From: Cyanobacteria bacterium auto_48_18
Lineage (GTDB): Bacteria; Cyanobacteriota; Vampirovibrionia; Obscuribacterales; Obscuribacteraceae
Reading direction: 5' to 3'
Length of the DNA: 64,000 nucleotides
NCBI GenBank assembly: GCA_036170915.1
Contig: JAVHQC010000025.1
Location: 84,155-148,154, forward strand
The notes beneath the pieces were generated by a model that ran no database searches, was not told where the DNA came from, and saw nothing but the letters and a program-made list of their open reading frames with translations. Both the position numbers and the translations under genes were made by a program. Positions within the stretch are counted from its first letter, which is position 1. Every line of letters starts with the position of its first letter. Positions 39,163 to 50,304 of the stretch are shown here, piece after piece.

Positions 39163-40158
39163 TTAAATCCGAACATCGGAAAGCTCGACCAATTTATTCA
39201 ACTGCTGCTCTGTTCCCAGAGCAATTAAATCATCACCGGCCCGGAAAATCAGGTCAGGTGAAGGATTGGATATCAGCTTACCATTTTGATTAACAGCCAG
39301 GATCATGGCCCCCGAAGTCTGCTTAATGTTTGCATCTTTCAATGCCAGGCCCACTAATGAAGAGGCATGACCAAGCCTGACTTGCTCCATGCGCAAATCG
39401 TACTCTGGAGTAGACATGACAACATCGAGAAACTGAGTCACCAGCGGATGGGTGACGGCAGTAGCCATGCGCTTGCCGCAAATAACATAAGGCGAGATCA
39501 CCATGCTGGCACCAGCCCTGCGCATCTTGGCTTCTGTGCCTGGGTTGGCAGCTCGTGAAACTATTTTGATACTTTCGTTAAGTCCTTTAGCCGACAGAGC
39601 AATAAATGTATTGGCAGTATCGTCATCAAGAGCGCAGACAATTCCTTTTGCCGTCAAGATCTGTGCTGCTAAAAGCACATCGTCTGAGCTGGCATCTCCC
39701 TGTAAAACCAGATGCCCGGCCTCGGACGCCAGCTTGGCGCGCTCAGGCTCAATTTCAATTAAGACGAATTCAATTTTGTTGTGATTGAAATGTGCAATTA
39801 CTTCTTGACCGGTGCGACCGTAACCGCAAACTATCTGGTGATTGCTTAGTTTGGCAATTTTTTGTCGCATGCGTCTGGCTCCCAAATTAAAACGGAGAAA
39901 AATGTCCACCATATCGCTTAGCACCGACAGCACGACACCAGCGCCAACCAAAATCAATAATATGGTGTAAAGCTTTCCTGCGGACGTAAGAGGGTGAGTT
40001 TCGCCATACCCGACCGTAGTCAAGGTTATGACAGTCATGAAAAGTGAATCTAGAAAATTCCAGTGCTCAACCAGCATAAAGCCGAGCGCTCCGAAGAGCA
40101 CAAAGCCCACCAATCGGGCTAAATCCTGCAAAAATCTCCTGGCAACCGCATCTCTCAA
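39163..40158 (-). CDS. Potassium channel protein (2-TM pore plus TrkA-N/TrkA-C RCK domains)
   Basis: Selectivity filter TTVGYG; CGYGRTG Rossmann motif; C-terminal RCK_C domain. Confidence 0.93.
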   Translation of the reverse strand: MRDAVARRFLQDLARLVGFVLFGALGFMLVEHWNFLDSLFMTVITLTTVGYGETHPLTSAGKLYTILLILVGAGVVLSVLSDMVDIFLRFNLGARRMRQKIAKLSNHQIVCGYGRTGQEVIAHFNHNKIEFVLIEIEPERAKLASEAGHLVLQGDASSDDVLLAAQILTAKGIVCALDDDTANTFIALSAKGLNESIKIVSRAANPGTEAKMRRAGASMVISPYVICGKRMATAVTHPLVTQFLDVVMSTPEYDLRMEQVRLGHASSLVGLALKDANIKQTSGAMILAVNQNGKLISNPSPDLIFRAGDDLIALGTEQQLNKLVELSDVRI

Positions 40159-40294
40159 CTCTTTTTAAGACCTATCTATGAACGCCAGGTAATGAGCATT
40201 TGTGCCGAAACAATAAAATAGAACGAAAACTATCATAAACGAGTTGGGGAAAGTTCCCGCTAGCATCTATTATTTGCTTTGCTGATAGGCATAG

Positions 40295-41796
<1,502 letters not shown>

Positions 41797-41797
<1 letters not shown>

Positions 41798-42504
41798 TGA
41801 AGAAGAAGCATCAACTCGAGCCCGCAGCTGAAATCAAACCATTGAAGACACCAGAGGAGACTCCGGTGCCGGTTTCAACATCGCGCAATATTTTTGTTTT
41901 CGGACGACTCGAAAACGAAATCACTTTGCCGACGATCAAAAAGTTGCTGCGGTTCAATGAGCGTGATCCAAAAAAACCAATCAATATGTACATCAATTCG
42001 GCCGGCGGCAACGGTTACAACGCAGATGGCATTATCGCCGTCATGCATTCCATCGAAGCACCGGTCAATACGATTTGCTTGGGTCACGCTCTTTCTGGTG
42101 CTTGCGAAATTTTGGCGTCTGGAACCGGTGAGCGCGTTGCCTACGAATTTTCTACATTGATGTTTCACCAGACTCTCTGGGAAGCTGAAGGCGACATCAC
42201 TAATTTAGAAATTCAGGCCACTCAGGGCAGGCGTTTTCGCGAAGCTCAAATTGAGCTTTTGCACCGTTGTTCCGGCCAAGATAAAGCGCGTATTGCTAAA
42301 GACATTGAACGCGATCACTATCTATCTACCAGCGAAGCGCTTGCTTACGGCCTCATAGACAGAGTAATCGTGCACAACGGAAATCCGGGCTCAAAAACCG
42401 CCAAAGACAAAACTAAGTCTAAATCCAAGACAGCCAATCAGCCCGTGGCAAAAAAAGCAGCGGCTCAAAACAAGACCACCAAAAGTACAAAAACACAAAA
42501 ATAA
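41797..42504 (+). CDS. clpP: Divergent ClpP-family protease with a Lys-rich C-terminal tail
   Basis: MYINSAGG, ICLGHALSGA (Ser), LMFHQ (His), IERDHY (Asp), EALAYGLIDRV. Confidence 0.88.
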
Positions 42505-42538
42505 CAGCGCTAAAGCTAGACAAAATTAGAGAAAGCAA

Positions 42539-42967
42539 ATGGCAAACACAATCAATCTGAAAATCATCACCCCAGAAAGAGTCGTATTCGACGACATGGT
42601 GGAGCAAGTTACAGCCGTGGCTAACGACGGCGAACTGACTATTCTTCCCGGCCATGAACCGATTGTCACCACGCTGGCCGTAGACGTGTTGCGTTTTAAA
42701 GTAAAAGGCGAAGAAGAAACCGCTGCTATTATCGGCGGCATTATGAACGTCAACAACACTGAAGTTGAAATTCTCTCCGACATGGCCGAGCTGGGCATTG
42801 AAATTGACGAAGCGCGCGCCAGCCAGGCCAAGTCAAAACTCGAAGCAGAAAAATCACAGAAGACTGACAAGCTTGACGCATACGTGACAGAAATGGCTCT
42901 CTCAAGAGCTATGACTCGCATTAAGGCCGCTGAAATGGCCAAGCTCCGACGTCGCGGTCGCGTTTAA
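42539..42967 (+). CDS. atpC: F0F1 ATP synthase epsilon subunit
   Basis: LKIITPER, GELTILPGHEP, IDEARA...ALSRAMTRI. Confidence 0.93.
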   Translation: MANTINLKIITPERVVFDDMVEQVTAVANDGELTILPGHEPIVTTLAVDVLRFKVKGEEETAAIIGGIMNVNNTEVEILSDMAELGIEIDEARASQAKSKLEAEKSQKTDKLDAYVTEMALSRAMTRIKAAEMAKLRRRGRV

Positions 42968-43078
42968 CAAATCAGCTCCACTTATTTAAGTTGCGGGATT
43001 AAACTTTTGTCGAGTCTCGAAGTTTCCGAGTGATAATAGCGGCATATTGACATCAACTCGTCCCCCCGGAGTATCGAT

Positions 43079-43624
43079 ATGCCACATGAATGGGAAGCCG
43101 CTGAAAAACCAGCGGTGAATGACGCTACGGAAAAAGTAGCAAAAAACGACTCACTCAATTTACTAGACCTCAAAGCCGATAAAGCTCCTCCAGTTTCAGA
43201 CTCTAATAATCAAACGAAAGCCACAATGAAGGGTTTTCCTGATGTTGAAATGTTTGATTCGACCCAACAGAACTCCCCCAAGAAGATTGAAAATCAGAGC
43301 GCAATCAATGCAGCTGAAAAGCCACAATATAAAGGCACAAACAGCTGGGCCGAGCTGGAAAATTACACACTGGCTACAGCTCCGGTTGATAGTATGCAAG
43401 GAAAGAATCGCGACGCTGTCAATGTAACCGAAGAGCCAAAAACTGAGGGCAAAGGCGGTTGGGCTGCGCTAGAGAAGCACACACTGGCCACAGCTCCGGT
43501 TGATAGTACGCAAAGGAAAAATCGCGACGCTGTCAATGTAACCGAAGAGCCAAAAACTGAGGGCAAAGGCGGTTGGGCTGCGCTAGAGAAGCACACACTG
43601 GCCACGAGCAAGCCCGAAAAATAA
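43079..43624 (+). CDS. Hydrophilic hypothetical protein with 38-aa tandem repeats
   Basis: GGAG before ATG; repeat unit WAALEKHTLATAPVDS.Q.KNRDAVNVTEEPKTEGKGG. Confidence 0.6.
   Translation: MPHEWEAAEKPAVNDATEKVAKNDSLNLLDLKADKAPPVSDSNNQTKATMKGFPDVEMFDSTQQNSPKKIENQSAINAAEKPQYKGTNSWAELENYTLATAPVDSMQGKNRDAVNVTEEPKTEGKGGWAALEKHTLATAPVDSTQRKNRDAVNVTEEPKTEGKGGWAALEKHTLATSKPEK
43346..43605. repeat. 114-bp tandem repeat, about 2.3 units
   Basis: Trp codons of the units at 43346, 43460 and 43574; units are near-identical. Confidence 0.92.
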
Positions 43625-43626
43625 AG

Positions 43627-44634
43627 TCAAAAACCGACTGTTAGAGCTGACCGCACTCGAGTCTGCGGTGTGCGCCCGATGAGCGTCTCGTATGGGCCAT
43701 GGTCTTTCTCGCGCTTAACCATGGTAGTTGAAGTACCACCATCAAAATTAATTGCGTCAACGGCACCAAGTTTTTTTAACAGCTTAGCTAAATCGGCTAA
43801 ATTAAGCCCAGACGAAAACTCGTCTTGCCCTTTGCCTGCCACAGCCAGAACGAGCATATAACCATCATCAGTGAGGCCCACGGCGGTGCGTGCCGCAGTG
43901 CGTCCAACACCAATTGAATCGACCTTTCGTCCATCGGCTTCAGTGCGCACAAATGCTTCGTCTTCTGCCGTTAATTGCGGCAGTAACCTTGGGCCGGCTT
44001 GCAATGATGCCACCAGTGCCATTCCTTCAGGCAATGGTTCGTTGTGCGTAGTTATTTTGACAGCGGTGGCGACATTAGCTTTGCTGCCAACTTTCTTTAA
44101 AAACCGCAGTTCGCTGCGGTTATAAATTTGTGGCAAAAAAGGCTTCAGGCGCGGGTTCTCGGTGAGCGCCTTATTCAGGCTGGGATCAGCACAGACTTTA
44201 CCTGCCAGCACAACATAGCTGGTGCTCTCACCGTTACTCAAATTGAAATAGCCACCATTTACAGCCAGCAGTGCCTTTTTCTCAGCCGCGATATCAGCAG
44301 TTGTGGCAGTTACACTTCTGGTGCCACCAGCACTTTGAGCTAACGCGGGTGCCACAGTCATATCGGCTACACGAAAAACCGCCAGGCTGGCCCTTGTTCC
44401 ACCAGCAAGGGAAAAGCAAATCACCCTGAACTTGTTTTTTTCGCTACCCGTCGAATTAGCCAACTGACGCCAGCCTTGAATCTCTTCTAGAGTCAAGCTT
44501 TGCTCAATCGATTGATGACCTGGTCGGGGCGAAAAAATAGATCCAACTTTTTTAGCGGGAGCGTCAGCGCAAACAGGTTGTGATATGGTCGCCGCAATAA
44601 CCAACGCCAGTGAGAACTTATCAATTGCGGGCAT
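43627..44634 (-). CDS. Phosphodiester glycosidase (NAGPA-like) family secreted protein
   Basis: Signal peptide; AVNGGYF, AGPRLL, ARTAVG, AINFDGGTS. Confidence 0.85.
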   Translation of the reverse strand: MPAIDKFSLALVIAATISQPVCADAPAKKVGSIFSPRPGHQSIEQSLTLEEIQGWRQLANSTGSEKNKFRVICFSLAGGTRASLAVFRVADMTVAPALAQSAGGTRSVTATTADIAAEKKALLAVNGGYFNLSNGESTSYVVLAGKVCADPSLNKALTENPRLKPFLPQIYNRSELRFLKKVGSKANVATAVKITTHNEPLPEGMALVASLQAGPRLLPQLTAEDEAFVRTEADGRKVDSIGVGRTAARTAVGLTDDGYMLVLAVAGKGQDEFSSGLNLADLAKLLKKLGAVDAINFDGGTSTTMVKREKDHGPYETLIGRTPQTRVRSALTVGF

Positions 44635-44805
44635 AAAACCTCAGTTTTGGCAGGCAATTTATTGTAACCAAAACTGCAAAAACCTGCTTAGCAAGGGTTA
44701 GCTGTTTCCAAAAGTGGAATATAGCCCCTAGCAAAACGAATTTGCTTCTGCCCAAAAATCTATGGCAACACCAATTCCAGGTAGCAAATATGGCCAGACA
44801 CTAGC

Positions 44806-47562
44806 ATGCCAGAGTTTCCGCCTAACGACAAATTGGTTTTGCAAACTGCATTTTACGACGCTCTCAAGCAGCTGCCAGATAGCGAAGCGCGCTCAACTTT
44901 GCAGACGATCTTTGACATGTCTCAAAAAATGATAGAGCAAGAAGTGGCGCATAGCCATGAGCTTGCTCTACAGTTCGAAATCTTCTCTAACTTATCGAAA
45001 GCGGAAGTGGCTGAGCGCCTCAGCGAACTTGACGTGATGCACGAAGAAGGTGAGCGGGCCAGGCTGCAAACGGCTCAGAGCGACCAGCTCTTTCGCACAA
45101 TGTGCGAAGCATCTCCGGAGCTTATCTGGACGGCAGACCGTGAGGGCAACGCCCAATATTTCAATGCGCAGTTTTTGCAGTTCAGTGGCTTAAGTGGGCA
45201 AGAACTGGCAAACGATAATTGGTTCAAACTGATTCACGCTGAAGACCGGGAGCAAGCGATACTTAGCTGGAAGCAGCACGTGAAAAGTGGCGAGAAATTT
45301 GAAATAGACATGCGCATGCGACGGGTCGATGGAGAGTATCGCTGGTTTTTGGTGCGCAGCCTGCCAATTAGAAATCTTGACGGCGAAGTTGTGAGCTGGT
45401 GCGGCTCTTGTACTGATATTGATACCCACCGCAATCTGGTGGCAGAACTAAAACTAGCCAGAGATCAAGCAGAATCGGCACTGAGAGTGAAAACAGAATT
45501 TGTAGCCAATGTGAGCCATGAACTGAGAACTCCGCTTAACGGCATACTGGGCATGGTGGAAGTGTTATTGCGCGGCGACCTCAGTGCCAGCTCTAAAGAA
45601 CACGTAACTACAATTCGCGAGGCAGGGGCTTCGCTACTTAATATCATCAACGACATTCTCGATTTCTCCAAAATCGAAGCCGGCAAAATGGAAGTACTAA
45701 GCTGTCAGTTTGATCCGCTTTCAGTAGTTGAAGGCGTGGCGGAAATTTTGGTGCCTCATGCAGCGGCTAAAAATTTGCTGTTGCTGGCCACTGTTGATCG
45801 CTCAGTACCCGACGTCGTCTATGGCGACCCGCAAAGGCTGCGTCAGGTACTCGTTAATCTATGTGGTAATGCAATCAAGTTTACTGACGAAGGTCAAATT
45901 GTCATCAAACTGGAAGTGACCAAAAACGACCAGGGTAAAAGCGAACTATTGTTTTCCGTTTATGACAGCGGCATCGGTATTCCTGAGCATCTGCAAAGCA
46001 AATTATTCGAACCATTTATGCAAGCTGAGGGCGCTTCTTACCGCAGCACCGGTGGCACCGGTTTAGGGCTGAGCATATCAAAAGACCTGGTCGATTTAAT
46101 GGGCGGAAAATTGTTTGTAGACAGCAAACAAGATATGGGGTCAATTTTCAGCTTCTCCTTGCCGTTGCGCACTAATGGCGAAACCAGTCTCAATGAGCCT
46201 AAAGAGCGCCCCTGGGAAGTTGCTTATGCCGATATGAAACTGCTTACACTGGAACCACGACACAAGAATGAATCTGTCATTTGCGCACACCTTTGCACAC
46301 TTGGTATTACGGTGCAGACTAGCGAAGATCCGGCAGCGGCCCTGGAAATGCTCGAAGCCGGGCGTCGTGGCCCGGGAAAATATCAGGCTGTGATTCTTGA
46401 TACTGTTCGCTATAAAGAGAAAAGCATAGAGTTTCTCAATCTCTATAAAAAATCCACCATCTTTGGTTCTATCAATGTGATTGAAGTTGGTGCACCCGAA
46501 TCATTCACTCAAGAGCGCAGCACTTATCTTTCGCCGCGCACAAAACAGATGGCTATTCCCTTGCGGCGGAAACAGGTAGCTGCATGCCTTGATTATTTAG
46601 ACGGTTGGAAGCCCAAAGAACGCAATTCACATACGCAGACAGTTGAGTCTAATTGTTTGCCTCGCCACCTGGTTGCTCCGCCCCAGGCCAAAAAATCCAG
46701 TGTGCCCATTAATAAACCAGGAGAAGCACAACCTGCCGCAAAAAGCGCCGGCAGTGTCAGAAGAGCACTGGTAGCCGATGACAATAAAATCAATCAACAA
46801 GTTGCCTCATTGTTCTTACAAGACATGGGCTTCATCGTTGATCTTACGGCTGATGGAATTGAGGCTGTCACAGCTTTCAAAAAAAACACTTATGACATGA
46901 TTTTTCTTGATTGCCAGATGCCTGGACTTGATGGTTTTGAAGCCTGCAAAATCATCAAAGAAATACAACAACGGCGCGGTCAACATATTCCTATTATTGC
47001 CGTCACCGCCAACGCCATTGCCGGCAGCCGCGAACAATGCCTGGCTCAAGGCATGGATGACTATTTAAGCAAACCCATTGACCCTCTATTGATGAGTCAA
47101 ATCGTCACTCGCTGGCTTGGAGATTCCGATTTTAAAATCACAATGATTCCCACCTCCAGTCAGGAGATAACACCGCCAGAAACACTGGAAATGGAAGATC
47201 GACCGTCAAAGAATATTCCAATAATCGACCTGGTTCAACTCAATTCTAGATTCAATACCAAAAACATGCACGCCATCATTCGCATGTTCAAAGATAGCTG
47301 TGCTCAAGAACTGAAAGACGTAGCTGCAGCCATTGACGCTAATGATATGAAGAGTTTGAAATTTAAGGCGCACGCACTTAAAGGAGCCTGCGGCACCATC
47401 TGTGCCCCACGCCTGAGCCTGATTTGTTTAGCACTTGAGCAATCAGCCATAGAAGATAATGCAGTGAAAGCCCGCGATCTTTTGCCGGAGCTGACCAAAC
47501 TTTTCCAACTGGCTGAAGACGAAATTGAAAGCGAGCTTTTACAGCAAACCACTTCTGGTTGA
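44806..47562 (+). CDS. Hybrid sensor histidine kinase (PAS/PAC, HisKA, HATPase, degenerate REC, REC, Hpt)
   Basis: SHELRTPLNGI, NAIKFT, DSGIGI, GGTGLGL, LDCQMPGLDG; Hpt motif AHALKG. Confidence 0.95.
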   Translation: MPEFPPNDKLVLQTAFYDALKQLPDSEARSTLQTIFDMSQKMIEQEVAHSHELALQFEIFSNLSKAEVAERLSELDVMHEEGERARLQTAQSDQLFRTMCEASPELIWTADREGNAQYFNAQFLQFSGLSGQELANDNWFKLIHAEDREQAILSWKQHVKSGEKFEIDMRMRRVDGEYRWFLVRSLPIRNLDGEVVSWCGSCTDIDTHRNLVAELKLARDQAESALRVKTEFVANVSHELRTPLNGILGMVEVLLRGDLSASSKEHVTTIREAGASLLNIINDILDFSKIEAGKMEVLSCQFDPLSVVEGVAEILVPHAAAKNLLLLATVDRSVPDVVYGDPQRLRQVLVNLCGNAIKFTDEGQIVIKLEVTKNDQGKSELLFSVYDSGIGIPEHLQSKLFEPFMQAEGASYRSTGGTGLGLSISKDLVDLMGGKLFVDSKQDMGSIFSFSLPLRTNGETSLNEPKERPWEVAYADMKLLTLEPRHKNESVICAHLCTLGITVQTSEDPAAALEMLEAGRRGPGKYQAVILDTVRYKEKSIEFLNLYKKSTIFGSINVIEVGAPESFTQERSTYLSPRTKQMAIPLRRKQVAACLDYLDGWKPKERNSHTQTVESNCLPRHLVAPPQAKKSSVPINKPGEAQPAAKSAGSVRRALVADDNKINQQVASLFLQDMGFIVDLTADGIEAVTAFKKNTYDMIFLDCQMPGLDGFEACKIIKEIQQRRGQHIPIIAVTANAIAGSREQCLAQGMDDYLSKPIDPLLMSQIVTRWLGDSDFKITMIPTSSQEITPPETLEMEDRPSKNIPIIDLVQLNSRFNTKNMHAIIRMFKDSCAQELKDVAAAIDANDMKSLKFKAHALKGACGTICAPRLSLICLALEQSAIEDNAVKARDLLPELTKLFQLAEDEIESELLQQTTSG

Positions 47563-47582
47563 TATTCTCGCTGTCCTCTTTT

Positions 47583-48509
47583 TTACCGGCCGCTCAAGGC
47601 AAATGCAGTGGCATATGAGCCTTGCTCAATGTCTGTTAAAAGTGTGCGGCCTTCTTGTGGAAGCCAACCTAATTTCTCCATGGCTTTTTCACCAGAAGCA
47701 CGGTTATTCATGGCAAAGAACATTGAGACCACTTCACCAAAGACTTCATTCGCTTCTTCTCTGGTGATACTTTGAGCAGGCACCTTCAATGTTCTGCCGA
47801 TTGCTTCAGCGATAATTTTGACTGGCACATCCGGTTCGGCACAAAGTTGGAAAATGTCTCCAGCCTCGCCCTTATGCAAAGCCAACATATATGCGGAGAC
47901 AACGTCATCTACGTGAGCTGCGCAGAGACTATTTTCACCAGATTCTATGTACGCTGCCATGCGACGTTTCTGACCGTTTTCCATCATCATCGGAATGAAA
48001 GTGCTACCTGCGTGGCCGTAAACCAAAATCGGTAGACGCATCACAATAGTTTTTACACCATGCTTGGCAGTGTCTAAGGCGGCCTGTTCAGCGCGGTAGC
48101 GCATGGAAAGAGGGTGACTTAAATCCGGTATGGTGCTTTCGGTGGCAATATTTGAACCGGTATCGCCCACGACACCAGTAGCGGAAGTTACGATTAGTGG
48201 TTTATCGCTACCAGCTAAAGCTGCTCCGAAGGCATTCATCAAATTGCATTCGGTTTCGATGGAAGAAGAATACTGGCCAAAATTATGAATGAAAGCGGTG
48301 TGAATGATGGCGTCGGCGCTGCTGGCCAGACGTGCCAATCTCTCCGGCTCATTCAAATTACCAGAAACCGGTTCGATGCCGGCTTTGAGCAGTTTCTGTG
48401 CGGCAATGTCGTTGCGAGCCAGGCCGTTTACAGAGTATCCAGCAGAGGTCAAAAGCCTACCGATACGTGAGCCTACGTAACCACTGGCGCCGGTAAGAAA
48501 TACTTTCAT
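47583..48509 (-). CDS. NAD-dependent epimerase / atypical SDR
   Basis: MKVFLTGASGYVG with GGAG upstream; AAHVDD; KLGWLP. Confidence 0.85.
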   Translation of the reverse strand: MKVFLTGASGYVGSRIGRLLTSAGYSVNGLARNDIAAQKLLKAGIEPVSGNLNEPERLARLASSADAIIHTAFIHNFGQYSSSIETECNLMNAFGAALAGSDKPLIVTSATGVVGDTGSNIATESTIPDLSHPLSMRYRAEQAALDTAKHGVKTIVMRLPILVYGHAGSTFIPMMMENGQKRRMAAYIESGENSLCAAHVDDVVSAYMLALHKGEAGDIFQLCAEPDVPVKIIAEAIGRTLKVPAQSITREEANEVFGEVVSMFFAMNNRASGEKAMEKLGWLPQEGRTLLTDIEQGSYATAFALSGR

Positions 48510-48569
48510 CAAATAATACTCCAGAAAACTTGTTAAACGGTCTAGTGCTTTTAGTTGTACTTTAGACAA

Positions 48570-48598
48570 GAGAAAGGCCGGCATGACCGGCCTTTCTC
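48570..48598 (-). terminator. Hairpin terminator downstream of the aldehyde dehydrogenase
   Basis: GAGAAAGGCCGG-CATGA-CCGGCCTTTCTC. Confidence 0.7.
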
Positions 48599-48617
48599 CA
48601 GGAGCCTGCGAGGGGCT

Positions 48618-50111
48618 CTAATCCATCATGTTGACCCAAACTGATTTGATATTGGTGTAGAGCTCGATGGAATGTTTACCGAGTTCACGACCATATCCAC
48701 TCATTTTGTAGCCGCCAAAAGGAACGGCTGGATCAAAGACGTTGTAGCAGTTAACCCAGATGGTGCCTGCTTTGATGAGCGAAGCAAATTTGTGGGCTTT
48801 CTTAATGTCTTTAGTCCAGACTGCACCGGACAAACCAAATGTGGTGGCATTAGCTTGTTCAGCAACTTCGTCCATAGTGGTGAATGGAATTACAGCAAGA
48901 ACTGGCCCGAAGACCTCTTCTTGAGCAATTCGCATGCTGTTGTTGCAACCGGTCAAAACAGTTGGTTGAACGAAGTAGCCTTTCTTGTGCTCAGACGGAG
49001 ATTGTCCGCCACAAGCCACAGTGGCTCCTTCACCTTTAGCGATCTCGATGTAGTTGAGAACGCGCTCTTGCTGTTCTTTGCTTACTTGCGGACCGATGTG
49101 TGTCTTGTCATCAATACCGTGGCCCTGACGCATTTTAGCAACGCGCTCTTTGAGCTTGGTCATGAACTCATCATGAATGCTTTGTTCAAGGAAGAGTCTC
49201 GAACCAGCGCAGCAAACCTGACCCTGGTTGAAGAAGATGCCGGTGATGGCACCCTTAACAGCAGCGTCGATATCAGCGTCGGCAAAGACGATGTTTGGTG
49301 CTTTTCCACCGAGTTCAAGCGAGACGCGCTTGAGATTGCCGGTAGAAGCAGCAAGAATGAGCTTGCCGGTTTTGTCTTCGCCGGTAAAAGCGACTTTGTC
49401 GATGTCCATGTGACGCGAAATCGCTTCACCGGCCGAGTCAGCACCAAAACCAGTAACGATGTTGATGACGCCGGCAGGGAAACCAGCTTCCATAGCTAGT
49501 TCGCCGATACGCAGAGCAGTTAGAGGTGTTTGTTCAGCTGGTTTAAGAATTACAGTATTGCCGCAAGCTAGAGCTGGGCCCCACTTCCATGCCATCATCA
49601 ACATGGGGAAGTTCCATGGAATGATTTGCCCAACTACGCCCACTGGTTCGCGCAGGGTGTAGGTGAAGAAATTGGAGTTGGCGTTGATGGTCTCGCCTTC
49701 CAGTTTCGTTGCCCAACCAGCGTAATAGCGGAATGTTTCTACAGTTTGTGGCACATCTACATAACGGGATTCTTTAATGGGCTTGCCATTATCAAGAGTC
49801 TCAAGTTGAGCCAATTCATCGGCATTTTTCTCAATCAAATCAGCCAGATTGAGCAAGAGTTTGGCTCTTTGAGCGGTACTCATTGTTTTCCATGGCCCTG
49901 ATTCAAAAGCGCGACGAGCTGCTTTGACAGCCAGGTCTACATCTTCTTTACCGCCTTCGGCAACCCGGCAGAGCACTTCTTCAGTGGCTGGGTTAATGGT
50001 TTCGAAAGTCTTGCCAGATACGGCATCAACCCATTTACCGTCAATTAGAAGCTTCTGCGTCTTAGACAGGAAATTCTTACAAATTAGTTCTTTTTCTTGG
50101 ACGACGGCCAC
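48618..50111 (-). CDS. NAD-dependent aldehyde dehydrogenase (ALDH family 1/2-like)
   Basis: IPWNFP, LKPAEQTP, LELGGK, FNQGQVCCAG, EEVFGP, PFGGYKMSG. Confidence 0.95.
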   Translation of the reverse strand: MAVVQEKELICKNFLSKTQKLLIDGKWVDAVSGKTFETINPATEEVLCRVAEGGKEDVDLAVKAARRAFESGPWKTMSTAQRAKLLLNLADLIEKNADELAQLETLDNGKPIKESRYVDVPQTVETFRYYAGWATKLEGETINANSNFFTYTLREPVGVVGQIIPWNFPMLMMAWKWGPALACGNTVILKPAEQTPLTALRIGELAMEAGFPAGVINIVTGFGADSAGEAISRHMDIDKVAFTGEDKTGKLILAASTGNLKRVSLELGGKAPNIVFADADIDAAVKGAITGIFFNQGQVCCAGSRLFLEQSIHDEFMTKLKERVAKMRQGHGIDDKTHIGPQVSKEQQERVLNYIEIAKGEGATVACGGQSPSEHKKGYFVQPTVLTGCNNSMRIAQEEVFGPVLAVIPFTTMDEVAEQANATTFGLSGAVWTKDIKKAHKFASLIKAGTIWVNCYNVFDPAVPFGGYKMSGYGRELGKHSIELYTNIKSVWVNMMD

Positions 50112-50304
50112 AGTGAGACCCTCCCAGATGAATAGATGTTATGGTTGCCAGGCGGCCAAGATAGGCCGCTTTTGCTTAGCAATAAATTTATCACGAACCA
50201 TTAAGTAATATCGGCGCACGCCCAAAACTCTTAAGCTTGGCCTAATAATTAGCTAAAGCAAAAGAATCGGCCCTGAGCCGGACTGCACCGCAGGCGATAC
50301 TAAA

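Noticed and set aside
43346..43605. 114-bp repeats as a CRISPR array
   Set aside because: Units are contiguous and in frame with no unique spacers, and there are no cas genes.
48672..49499. 275-aa plus-strand ORF
   Set aside because: Entirely antisense to the aldehyde dehydrogenase; a shadow ORF from codon bias.
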